DNA from: Candidatus Latescibacterota bacterium | GTDB taxonomy: Bacteria > Latescibacterota > CBDEFO01 | NCBI GenBank assembly: GCA_965248755.1 | Contig: OZ252149.1 | Span: forward strand, 1,408,001-1,472,000 | Reading direction: 5' to 3' | Length of the DNA stretch: 64,000 nucleotides | Shown here: positions 18,616-28,233 of the stretch, in pieces | Numbering within the stretch: position 1 is the stretch's first letter | Layout: every line of letters starts with the position of its first letter | Notes under the pieces: generated by a model | What the model was told of the DNA's origin: nothing | Database searches by the model: none | The model's input: only the letters and a program-made list of their open reading frames with translations | Program-made: the position numbers and the translations under genes

Positions 18616-18879
18616 ATGAATCCCCGGCTTACAGATACCCGACCAGAGGCGGAGAAGATACAAATTGAGATCCTTCGAAGTATGCCCGCTTATCGAAAGT
18701 TTGCTCTTGTGGATAGTATGTGGCAGACCACACGGGAGTTGGCGCAAGCAGGTCTCCGGAAAAGGCATCCCCAGGCTACAGAAGAAGAGATACGCTATCG
18801 CTGGGCAGCATTGGTTCTGAACCGAGAGACAATGATAAAAGCCTATGGATGGGATCCATCCAAAGAGGAACATCGATGA
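18616..18879 (+). CDS. Small helical protein, putative antitoxin/partner of the downstream nucleotidyltransferase-like gene
   Basis: DT.PEAE..QIE.LR.M, G.R.RHP.A; ATGA overlap with the next gene. Confidence 0.7.
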   Translation: MNPRLTDTRPEAEKIQIEILRSMPAYRKFALVDSMWQTTRELAQAGLRKRHPQATEEEIRYRWAALVLNRETMIKAYGWDPSKEEHR

Positions 18880-19451
18880 CTCCCGAAGCTATCACAATCA
18901 CTCTACAGGTTATCGAAGCTCTGGAAGAGCTGAATATTGACTATCTCATAGGCGGATCTTTCGCCAGCACTCTGCATGGCATGCCTCGGGCAACTATGGA
19001 TGCGGACTTGGTGGCCGACCTAAGATTTGAACACATTCCCTCGTTCGTCGATCTCCTACAAGAAGATTTCTACATGGATGCCAAAGTGATTAGAGATGCC
19101 ATTAAGAACCGTGGCTCCTTTAACCTAATACATCTGCTTTCAGCCTTCAAGATAGATATCTTTATCCTTGGGAAGAGACCGTTCGATCTTTCTGAGTTCT
19201 CTCGGCGCAAACTTGAGCAGATCCTGAGCGAACTTCCACGTTCAGCCTATGTGAAAATCCCAGAGGACGCTGTGTTGAGCAAATTAGAATGGTTCAAGAT
19301 GGGTGGGGAGCTATCGGAGCTTCAGTAGAGGGATATTCAAGGGATTCTCAAAGTTCAAGGTCCAAAGATAGATATATCCTATCTGAAAAGGTGGGCAAAG
19401 GAGTTGGGACTTTCTGATCTGTTAGAACAGGCACTTACTGAAAGTCTCTGA
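18876..19451 (+). pseudogene. Nucleotidyltransferase-fold protein with an in-frame TAG at 19326-19328
   Basis: Y.IGGSFAS..HG.PRAT.DADLV; after the TAG the frame continues RDIQGILKVQ...YLKRWAKELG to TGA at 19449-19451. Confidence 0.8.
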
Positions 19452-19557
19452 AAACCTATGTAATTGGGGACAGTCTATGTGCCTAACTGTTTGGGAGAAG
19501 AAATAGCATGCCCTTATTGAAAACGGTTAGACTTTGCAGCTCGCCATGGTCACTGCT

Positions 19558-22452
19558 CTATTTAAACGGTTCTCCAAGCGTAATAATTTCAACCTTTGCT
19601 GCCTGTCCATCAGGATCAGAAGATTCGCAATCGAATGTAACGGTATTAGAACCAGCATAAACTGTCGGAATATCCCCCTTCGTACCATTTTCAGCAGTGG
19701 TAAAGCCAGAGGAATTAAAGGCGCGAAATTGCCGGGAACCTGAATACTCAAGATAATCTTCTGCCTCAAGGGTAAAGGGGAAAGCGATGGTTTGAGAGCC
19801 AATGGTGATCTTGGGATTTTTAATTGCACTCGATTTTTCCTTTAATGCCTCAAGTTGGGTGAAATAGCATGTGACGCTCTTTAGGGAAGGAATATTTGTA
19901 AGAAATACATAGACCCGTCCAACCTTGCCATAATTAAAATGCCTGATCGACCAGTAATTGCTGTACGGATAGTGGAAACTATACACCTCGCCTTTCGCCG
20001 GTTCAGGAATTACAACATATTTCCAACCTTTAAAATCGAGCTTGACCCACCAGTCCCTTGCCGCCCATCTACTTATATCTTCAACTACAAAATGCAAAGG
20101 TACACCGCTTCCATCACCGTAAACCCAAGTCCCCATGGCGCGATTTTGAGTAATGTCTAAAACGTCATCCATTATTATCTCTACGCATCCCCATCCATCA
20201 GGATTATCAGAATTATTTGTAGCAGTCACTTTAATACTCTGATCGCCGATCTTCACCTGCTCGTCTGACAACGATAGTCCAAACACTGTGCTTTCACTGT
20301 TTCTCCCCTGTCCCCTCGGCCCCTGGGGCGAAGTCTCAAGGTTGAATTCCCCTGGCTTGATGAGAACCTTGTTTTCAGGATCGCCATATTCGGCAAGTCT
20401 TGGCATAGATGTAATGGAGACAAGCAGAGGTTGATTGTCAAATGTATTTTCGAATACCCACGAATTATTATCGCCATCAATCTTATTAATATAAGTTTCT
20501 GGTCCATATATGATTTGTCGGGCAACCATGTTTCCTTCACTATCCTTATCAAGCGTAAACTCTTTCCCCTTTTCTTTCATCTTTTTTATGGCATTTTCAG
20601 AGAAATAATTATCCAACTTGAGGTCTTCCCAATTTTTCATTATCCCGAAGATTTCCTTAGTTCTGCCATTAGCCTTGAGCGATGCGAAATACGTCTCAAG
20701 GGACATAGCACAATCGTACGCACAGCTTTTGGAATATGCGTATTCAATTTCCCTCGGTTTCGTCGCATCCCGATCATTTTGTTTGCCAAAAAACCCAAAC
20801 CAGCCAAACTCATAAGGCTGCAGGTTTATAGCGTTCGACTTGGAATGATCTATCGACACAATACCAAAATGTTCAATTATGCCCCTGGTGACAAAATCAG
20901 TAGTATTTCCCCTTGAGAAAATGTGCCATGACCAATTACTGATCGGTCCGTGGGTCCAAAGCATCTCCCGCTTCGTATAATTGTATAATTTACTCACTGA
21001 CAGGTTATTAATATACCACATAGGTTCTTTCCCATAAAAACGGAGGTTTTCTCCGATTCCGTCAGGGTAATTCATATCAAATCCGAAATAATCTATAACC
21101 CATGCCATCTTTCTTGCAACTCTGTCGTACAGGTCAGATTGGACATCCGGTTCAAAATGACCGATGAATTCTGCAAGATTTTCGATTTCCGCGCCTTCTT
21201 CATGTTTGACAGGATGAGTACCGTAAGCCCCCCTTATACAGCCAACAAACCCATATGGGGAAGTAATCTGTATATCATCATAGGTGATTATCTCATTATC
21301 AATCTGCAACTCTCGACCGTAATGCCTGTGTTTCCCCGCTTTATCAAGAAGCCCTATGGGAGAGGTTGTCGTAGGAATAAATGTCTCAAATTCTTCTATA
21401 TCTCTTTCTAGTATACGTTTGTTCTCCCATCTCTTGAGAAGACCCGGATCTGGTATTGGATGCACTAAAGAATCAGTCTTTGAAATTATTCTATCGAGAA
21501 AATGGACACCTGCCTTAAGCCCGGCGGCATGAATTTTGTCCACTGCTCTTTTCAGTCCAGCCTCTCCATTCGGGAAATTTTGTCTATTTATCAGATATGA
21601 TCCATGCGAACTGGACCAGGTGCCATCATAAACCATAATGTACCCGAACCCACCTTCCAAAGCGTAATCAACTACTTCATCAATGCTATCTTCAGAATAA
21701 TCAATAAAAAGATATGACTGACGAATTTCTTTTGCCTTTCTTGCCCATACTCCATTTAAGGTCGGATGAGGTAAACCATTTTCAACCTCTACCTGTTCAA
21801 CAATATCCAGGATTTTTTCTGTAGGACATCCGATCAGCGCAATTTTCCCTCCTTCTAACCTGACACGACTATCACACCAGGCGACAAGACTATTTGAAAG
21901 TGCTGCTTCTTTAAAAACATTCCTCGTTGCACCTGATATCGTTTCGATGTTAAGAGGAATAATACATCCTGCAAAATCCTCATCCCTTGTACAGGTCAAA
22001 GTTGTACTCATGAATTCTGCATTTGTAAGAGGAATATTCGCCAATTGAAATTCGCTCACACTATGATCATTGATCGAAATTAATTCGAATGTTATGTAAC
22101 TTTGCAAAATGCGTACATGGATTCGTGCGCAAATATCAGTAATACCAAACGTAACAAATAAAAAATTGTTTTCATATTCGACCTTTGTTGCACCGATATA
22201 ACCGCTCCCCATGTTAATTGACATAAAATTTGATTTTAAGTTCTTATCGAGGTAATCCCTCCCCGAATTTTTGTCTATAAAAGATTTGTTCAATCCGTCA
22301 GTCCCTATCACATAAGAGACAAGATCGTTTTCGAAAATAATCTTATTATCCGAAATTTTTGGTGATAGATATTCTGTCATGAGTGGATATCCTCCAGCAT
22401 CTAAAAATAGAGCTGAAGTAATGACTGCAGTGATTACAATTTTTCTATACAT
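19558..22452 (-). CDS. Large secreted hypothetical protein, possibly a glycoside-hydrolase-like TIM barrel with accessory beta domains
   Basis: Signal-like N-terminus; YDGTW...FPNGEAGLKRAVDKIHAAGLKAGVH and YFGFDMNYPDG segments; LDFKGWKY module; AT-rich relative to its flanks. Confidence 0.65.
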   Translation of the reverse strand: MYRKIVITAVITSALFLDAGGYPLMTEYLSPKISDNKIIFENDLVSYVIGTDGLNKSFIDKNSGRDYLDKNLKSNFMSINMGSGYIGATKVEYENNFLFVTFGITDICARIHVRILQSYITFELISINDHSVSEFQLANIPLTNAEFMSTTLTCTRDEDFAGCIIPLNIETISGATRNVFKEAALSNSLVAWCDSRVRLEGGKIALIGCPTEKILDIVEQVEVENGLPHPTLNGVWARKAKEIRQSYLFIDYSEDSIDEVVDYALEGGFGYIMVYDGTWSSSHGSYLINRQNFPNGEAGLKRAVDKIHAAGLKAGVHFLDRIISKTDSLVHPIPDPGLLKRWENKRILERDIEEFETFIPTTTSPIGLLDKAGKHRHYGRELQIDNEIITYDDIQITSPYGFVGCIRGAYGTHPVKHEEGAEIENLAEFIGHFEPDVQSDLYDRVARKMAWVIDYFGFDMNYPDGIGENLRFYGKEPMWYINNLSVSKLYNYTKREMLWTHGPISNWSWHIFSRGNTTDFVTRGIIEHFGIVSIDHSKSNAINLQPYEFGWFGFFGKQNDRDATKPREIEYAYSKSCAYDCAMSLETYFASLKANGRTKEIFGIMKNWEDLKLDNYFSENAIKKMKEKGKEFTLDKDSEGNMVARQIIYGPETYINKIDGDNNSWVFENTFDNQPLLVSITSMPRLAEYGDPENKVLIKPGEFNLETSPQGPRGQGRNSESTVFGLSLSDEQVKIGDQSIKVTATNNSDNPDGWGCVEIIMDDVLDITQNRAMGTWVYGDGSGVPLHFVVEDISRWAARDWWVKLDFKGWKYVVIPEPAKGEVYSFHYPYSNYWSIRHFNYGKVGRVYVFLTNIPSLKSVTCYFTQLEALKEKSSAIKNPKITIGSQTIAFPFTLEAEDYLEYSGSRQFRAFNSSGFTTAENGTKGDIPTVYAGSNTVTFDCESSDPDGQAAKVEIITLGEPFK

Positions 22453-22637
22453 CAGATTCAGCCTCTTTTTATCTCGTTATCTCGCTTATTTGAAGGAGAT
22501 TTTTATAAAATGGGTTTTACATTTGTCAGATGCTCGATATCTCTTCGAGTTTTGGCAATAATTAAAATTTGTCCTTCTACGACTAACTTCGGAAACCAAC
22601 TGTTGGCAGTTTAACAACTTCTCAACTTACTTACTAA

Positions 22638-22800
22638 CCTGGATTATTCATAAATTCTGATGGACCTGTGATAAGCTACTGTCAATACTGGACTTTTAAT
22701 TTTCGGTCTCATTTGAAAAGCCAGCGGATTCGCCAGTCAACAACCTGTTGTATAACAGTGACTTATGTAACATTCGAGGCAAGTTTGTGAATAATCCGGG
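22638..22800. mobile_element. 163-bp MITE with a CTAA target duplication
   Basis: CTAA|CCTGGATTATTCATAAA…TTTGTGAATAATCCGGG|CTAA. Confidence 0.85.
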
Positions 22801-22803
22801 CTA

Positions 22804-22858
22804 AATGGTCGGGGCGACTGGATTTGAACCAGCGACCACTGGCCCCACATGCCAGTGC
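22804..22858 (-). repeat. Duplicated 3' portion of tRNA-Pro (att-like direct repeat of 25523-25577)
   Basis: 55 nt, one mismatch, which falls in the anticodon loop. Confidence 0.93.
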
Positions 22859-22965
22859 AAAATTTTTGGCAAAAAGCCTCCAGGAAAGTGTTCAATTCTT
22901 GAGGTGAAGTACAAATACGACTTGATGTAAGAGAGGGTCAGTCTCCCAGGCACAAGGGAGGTAGC

Positions 22966-24152
22966 TTATAAAACTTCAGGAATTGCTATAAGAGAAGAGA
23001 CAAGCCACGGCTTTCCTGCCAATTCCTCGATGGGAATGTATTCGACATCGAAACCCAAGCGCCGTGGGCCCATCCGCTCAAGTCCTCTGGATGTTCGCCA
23101 GGCGTCATCCAATGTCTTGACACCGATCACCACGGCCGTTCTTCCCGGCGTGACGTTGCCACGCGTCGTTGGGGGCAGACCCCTGGTCGGGTCCACCAGG
23201 ATGATCAAATCCGGGGTGGTCGCTACTACACGGCCGTCCAGCCAGCAGAGATGTTGCTCGTTTCCACCCAGATGCGAATACCTGTCCGGTGAACTACCCG
23301 CTGCCCTTTAGGTAGTAATTCAAGTAGCGGAAAGTGTACGTCTCGCGACTCTCCCACTTCACATCGGTCGCCTGTCCCTAGAATAGTAACCAGCCGTCAA
23401 TAGCGTGCAAGATGGTTACGACCGGCTTGCCCTGTTCCCTTCCTCTGCGGATGGCTTGTCCCAGGCGCAACGACACACTGAAACTGTTCCGCACCAAGAA
23501 CCGCTTGGCCATTCTGCTGTGCAGTAGGTAGCCTGCCGTGCCGATGCCACCCCCATAGGTTACGACACTAAGTATTCGACCAACGCGATCCGCCATCGCC
23601 GTGCTTGCCTCCTCCTTAAGGATGAGAGTGTTTCCTCAGCGGTCCACAAAGGCTGCCGGACAGAAAGTGCACCCGAATATCTCGGGCTTCATCATCTGTA
23701 CCTCGGGGAGGCTCGGCCTACGTAGTCACCATCGACGATAGGCACGCCGAGTCGCGCTGCGGTGGCAATAGGCTAAGCGGTATTGGAGCTGTCCAGTTCG
23801 GTCGAGACCAAAGCACCCACTTTCACTCCGGCGTATTCCTCTAACTTACGGACGGCTGCCATCATGTAATCTGTGGGACCGTGAGCGACTCTGGTCAGAC
23901 CTAACTCGGCCAGTTCCTCCGACGGCGGTGGAGTCCAGGATCACGGCCGCTGAGGACAGTGGTTGTCACCGTCCAGAGATCGTCCGGCAGGTTGTCTATA
24001 TCTGGGATCTCTATCCTTCCCCGAGCCTTCAGTTCCTGTTCCAGCATCTCGACACCGTCAGAGGCCTTGCCACCCCCGCCCCCGGTGGCGAGGAAGGTCA
24101 GGCCACACACAAAGTCCTTCACATCCTGCTGGTTAGTCAGCGTCAGTGCCAC
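22966..24152 (-). pseudogene. DUF917-family pseudogene (several frameshifts/stops)
   Basis: Fragments GLTFLATGGGG; TYGG.G.AGY; ATTPDLIILVDP..G.P...W....L..MGPRRLGFD.EY.P lie in different frames. Confidence 0.8.
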
Positions 24153-24209
24153 CGGATGCTTCCTCCTCGTTCTTCATCCCTGAGCACATCTGGTCTTAGT
24201 GACAGCTAT

Positions 24210-25448
24210 CTATCCCGGCGCCTCAAGATGCCGAAGCAATTTTTCATGCTGCTCCCTGAATGGAGTGGAATCCTTGTCTGCCTGGGCAATCGCCTCCTCA
24301 GACAGCCCGGACTCGTTGACGACGGTAGCAAATCTAACCAGCTGGCTGAGTTTATTCCAGACCAGAGGGAGGAGTTTCCGTTCTCGGGCATAAGGGCTGA
24401 AACCACAGTTTGACGTCAAAATGATATGCTCTATGGAGACGTATTCCATGACGCTCTTGAGCCTGCGAAACATGATATCCAGAGTCTCCAAAGTGTAGTC
24501 ATTGGAATAGATAATTCCAAATAGCAGGCGAGCTTCATCCGGGAAATGTTTCAACGCCTCCAAATCCGCCGTTGTATCGTTGAGAGCTACGCTGAACTGG
24601 TCACACCGAAGTGTCTTTATGATTCTTTCAAGAAGTCCAGCCTCGCTCCATGGAATACTTTTGTGATCAATGGATCTGCAAACATGTAAGGCTGAGGCCG
24701 CTGAGCTCATGTGAGAGAAGAGTTGGTTTGAAGAATTGATGAAGAGATCGACCTCTCTCTCCAAGTTGAGCAGCTGCCGGAGTCGGGAGTCGAGCAACAT
24801 CAGGAGGCGATCATCGTCGAATTGAATCACCTCGATACCCAAGCGCTCACAGTCTTCAATAATGGGCTTATAGTGTCTTACGATGTCATCCAAATACTCT
24901 TCTTGAGTAGAATAAGCATCTCGGGAAAAAGTGGGATGCCAGCTTGCGCGCATGATCTGGTAAGGTGACGGCATGGTCAGCTTCACTACTTTTGAAGCGT
25001 ACTTTTTCATCACTTGGGCTTCTCGATGGAAGACACTATTGCCCATGTCGCCGCTCTTTCTTGCTAATTTATCGACGATAACTGCACCATATTTGAGCCA
25101 AGCGGGGTTAGCTCCATAGGCCTTGGGTCGCTCCCAGACCCTGTAAGCTTGGCCGACGTGGTGGTCCCAATAACGGCCGTCGTCCAACAGGGTGGGCACG
25201 TTAATACCCGTTGGCATGTATCCATCGAAGCAATCGTAGAAAACCGAGAAATAGCCTGATCTTTGTATCTCTCCGTCGTTGACGATATCCAGGCCGAGGC
25301 TCTCTTGTTGCAGGATAATCTCCTTAGCCTCCTCCTCCAGGACGGCTAACGCTCTTGGGTTTCGATACACATTTTCGTAGTCTCTGAACTGGTCCAGAAC
25401 CTCATCGCTCCTGGGAAGGCTACCCAGCACACTGGTTTGCAGAGTCAT
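24210..25448 (-). CDS. Cobalamin-independent methionine synthase II (MetE C-terminal-like) family protein
   Basis: GSLPR, QE.LGLDIVNDGE..R, KLTMPSP, IQFDD, HVCR, NCGFS. Confidence 0.85.
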   Translation of the reverse strand: MTLQTSVLGSLPRSDEVLDQFRDYENVYRNPRALAVLEEEAKEIILQQESLGLDIVNDGEIQRSGYFSVFYDCFDGYMPTGINVPTLLDDGRYWDHHVGQAYRVWERPKAYGANPAWLKYGAVIVDKLARKSGDMGNSVFHREAQVMKKYASKVVKLTMPSPYQIMRASWHPTFSRDAYSTQEEYLDDIVRHYKPIIEDCERLGIEVIQFDDDRLLMLLDSRLRQLLNLEREVDLFINSSNQLFSHMSSAASALHVCRSIDHKSIPWSEAGLLERIIKTLRCDQFSVALNDTTADLEALKHFPDEARLLFGIIYSNDYTLETLDIMFRRLKSVMEYVSIEHIILTSNCGFSPYARERKLLPLVWNKLSQLVRFATVVNESGLSEEAIAQADKDSTPFREQHEKLLRHLEAPG

Positions 25449-25524
25449 TCGTATTGATCACTTCCTGGGATTTTATTTCAAGTCTTGGAGCCAGCAGAGG
25501 GCCCCCCTGAGCTATGGGTGGGAA

Positions 25525-25601
25525 TGGTCGGGGCGACTGGATTTGAACCAGCGACCACTGGCCCCCCATGCCAGTGCGCTACCGGACTGCGCCACGCCCC
25601 G
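25525..25601 (-). tRNA. tRNA-Pro(GGG), CCA encoded
   Basis: CGGGGCGTGGCGCAGTCCGGTAGCGCACTGGC-ATGGGGG-GCCAGTGGTCGCTGGTTCAAATCCAGTCGCCCCGACCA cloverleaf; TTGACA-N17-TATAGT upstream. Confidence 0.97.
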
Positions 25602-25698
25602 ACTGGTGAAACTATAATACATCTGAAACGATTTGTCAAGGATATTCTCCCTTTGGCCAGAGCTATTTAGTTTTCTCGGAGAAGCACTGGAAAGCCTT

Positions 25699-25782
25699 TG
25701 AGATTGCTTCGGGGTGAACCCGCTCGCAATGACCCAAAGACAAAGCTAATCAGTGTAATTGCAAGCGAAGCGAAGCAATCTC
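25699..25782. repeat. REP-like inverted pair
   Basis: GAGATTGCTTCG…CTCGCAATGAC…GTAATTGCAAGCGAAGCGAAGCAATCTC. Confidence 0.85.
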
Positions 25783-25863
25783 AATTCTGTTGTTGAAACG
25801 ATCCTAACGTCCAAACGAAAACAACTAAATGACCCTGCCCTTTGGAGGATGAACGGTCATCTT

Positions 25864-28233
25864 TCAGTCCAGCATGGTCTCGACTTCTACTTTATTCTCC
25901 CAAATCTTAATCGTCACCGCTCCACTTTTGTCCGTCCTGTATATCTTCGCCCCAGAGCTTTCGTATCTCTCTAATACATCAGCAGATGGATGACCGAACC
26001 TGTTCTTTTGCCCCACAGATACTACAGCTATCCGCGGATTGACCGATCGGATAAAGTCTTCGCTCGAAGATGTGGACGACCCGTGATGCGGAGCTTTCAC
26101 AATAGTAGAAGAGAGGCGATCCTTCCATCTCAAAAGCGATTTATCAGTTGCGTTTTCGACGTCGCCCGTCAAAAGCAGAGATTTCCCCTTGTAAGTCAAC
26201 CTCATCACTAAAGAGCTATTGTTCAGACCAGAGCTTGCCTGTGCGTAATCTGATACAAATTCCAATGTCGGATGAAGGACTAAGGCCCCGATTCCCAGAC
26301 CGGCAAGGCTGTCTCCGGAAGAGGCGTAATGCCTCTTGATCCCCTTTATTTCGAGGATCTCTTCGAACTGGCTCCACATCTTAGAATCATGGACCTGACC
26401 GCTCTCCAACAGATGCTGCACATCGAAATTCCGCAGAACGGGCAGCAACCCTCCTATATGATCGCTGTGCGGATGAGACACAGCGACTACATCTATCTTA
26501 TCTACACCTCGATGTCGAAGGAAAGAGGCGATAGTTGATCTACCAAAAGACCTCTTCTTTGGACCTCCGTCCATAAGCATAACTTTTCCGTTCGGGAACT
26601 TGATGAATATTCCATCCCCCTGACCGACGTCTAATAAGACTACTTCCAGTCTCTCCTTCTCCCATGTCCCTTTCCAGACATAGACGTTGGCTACTATCAG
26701 AATGAGAAAGAGTGCGATCTTTCTTGCGCGAACAGACTTCCATCCGAATGCTATTATGCATAGGATCAGATAATAGCTCAAAAAGAAGAACCAGGAGGGA
26801 CTCTGAACTGTTGCAGAAGAAAAAGAGAAACTTGAGAGGAAATAGGCCTCCGATAACATAACTTTGAGGATTAACCAGCCCACGGCGTTGAATATTGTAG
26901 CTATTAGATGGAGCCAGGGGCCGAAAATCACAGATACAAGGCCTGAAGCTATGACTCCTATAGCTGTGGGGACTATGACGAGGTTAGCAATCGGAAAGAT
27001 GAGTGATACTCGATTGAAGTTAGAAGCTACTATTGGAGCAGTTCCTAAGTAAGCAGCTATACTCACTATAAATATGCCTATGATCCATTCAATCCACCGA
27101 TGAGATGAAGTAGCTTCAGGCCGAAGGTTCAACATCATACCGTAAAACAAAAGTATAAAGAGCAGAGACAGAAACGATAATTGGAATCCAGCATCGAAGA
27201 GGCTTTGGGGCCACACCATAAGGATAATCAGCGCTGAGACTCCGAGACTGTTGACAGACTCACTGTTCCGCTCCAGTGCAAAGGCTAGTATAATAAGCGA
27301 GAACATAATGGAAGCCCTTAGGACAGATGGCCTGAAATCTAATATCAGAACGTAGAGACACAATATAAGGATTACGATGGCAGAAGCCCATCTGCGCGGG
27401 AGAAAGAAACTGAATATAGTTAGAAAAAAACCGGCTATTATCCCGACATGAAGCCCCGAAATGGCTAATATATGTCCTGTCCCTGAAGCGATGAAAGCCT
27501 CTTTGATCTTGTCTGAAAGTTCTCCTCTCTCGCCCAAGATTAGGGACTTCATAAGTGCGCGGGGATCTCCTAAAAGATTCCTTTCTATCGATTCTCTAAT
27601 ATGCCTTTTAAGCGGATAGACTATCTTTGAAAGGATGAAACTCCCTTCTCCTTCCGAGATATCCAGGATTTGATCGTCATCGTTGATATAGACCGCGCCG
27701 AAGATGCCTCTCCTTAAGAGATACTTGCCGTAGTCAAACTCTCCAGGATTCCTTGCGGGGCGAGGACGGTTTAGTTCCCCCTTCAGGACAATTCTATCTC
27801 CGTATCCTATATAGTCTGCGTCGGTGCTCAGAACCAGCAAGACATCTCCCTGAACCTGATAGGAGACTCCGCTATGTTCGACATCGGAGACCTTCATTAC
27901 GACCCTGGTATTCCACTTCCTTTCGTCAGGCTCACCGCCTATCGTTACTTTCAAGATGACTTCGCGGTCGAAATAAGGGAATTTGGAGATGTGGTCTGGG
28001 GGGAGTAGACGAGTCTTTGTCTCATAGCGCAAAGTTCCGCCGAGGGCCAACATCAAGAGGAAAATTGCACTAATGGGAAGTTTTCCCGATCTTTTGAAGA
28101 TCGTAAAAAGCAAGCACAGCAGAAATAGTACGACAAAGGATATAAAAAGAGGAAGAATGGGAGGGTTTGCGTAGTAGCCAAATAAAATGCCGCAGCTTAA
28201 CGCCGCGGCTGATATAAGAGCGGGTCTTCTCAT
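25864..28233 (-). CDS. comEC: DNA internalization competence protein ComEC/Rec2
   Basis: NPGEFDY, HILAISGLH, GFQLSF, LDVGQGD, SHPHSDHIGG, PHHGS, FGHP, YRTD..GAV. Confidence 0.95.
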   Translation of the reverse strand: MRRPALISAAALSCGILFGYYANPPILPLFISFVVLFLLCLLFTIFKRSGKLPISAIFLLMLALGGTLRYETKTRLLPPDHISKFPYFDREVILKVTIGGEPDERKWNTRVVMKVSDVEHSGVSYQVQGDVLLVLSTDADYIGYGDRIVLKGELNRPRPARNPGEFDYGKYLLRRGIFGAVYINDDDQILDISEGEGSFILSKIVYPLKRHIRESIERNLLGDPRALMKSLILGERGELSDKIKEAFIASGTGHILAISGLHVGIIAGFFLTIFSFFLPRRWASAIVILILCLYVLILDFRPSVLRASIMFSLIILAFALERNSESVNSLGVSALIILMVWPQSLFDAGFQLSFLSLLFILLFYGMMLNLRPEATSSHRWIEWIIGIFIVSIAAYLGTAPIVASNFNRVSLIFPIANLVIVPTAIGVIASGLVSVIFGPWLHLIATIFNAVGWLILKVMLSEAYFLSSFSFSSATVQSPSWFFFLSYYLILCIIAFGWKSVRARKIALFLILIVANVYVWKGTWEKERLEVVLLDVGQGDGIFIKFPNGKVMLMDGGPKKRSFGRSTIASFLRHRGVDKIDVVAVSHPHSDHIGGLLPVLRNFDVQHLLESGQVHDSKMWSQFEEILEIKGIKRHYASSGDSLAGLGIGALVLHPTLEFVSDYAQASSGLNNSSLVMRLTYKGKSLLLTGDVENATDKSLLRWKDRLSSTIVKAPHHGSSTSSSEDFIRSVNPRIAVVSVGQKNRFGHPSADVLERYESSGAKIYRTDKSGAVTIKIWENKVEVETMLD

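Noticed and set aside
19326..19328. Pyrrolysine or stop-codon reassignment
   Set aside because: TAG terminates other genes here normally (e.g. 4707-4709, 31290-31292), and a single TGG-to-TAG change explains the site.
22804..22858. Second tRNA gene (GTG anticodon)
   Set aside because: It lacks the 5' acceptor strand and D-arm; it is a att-like fragment of tRNA-Pro.
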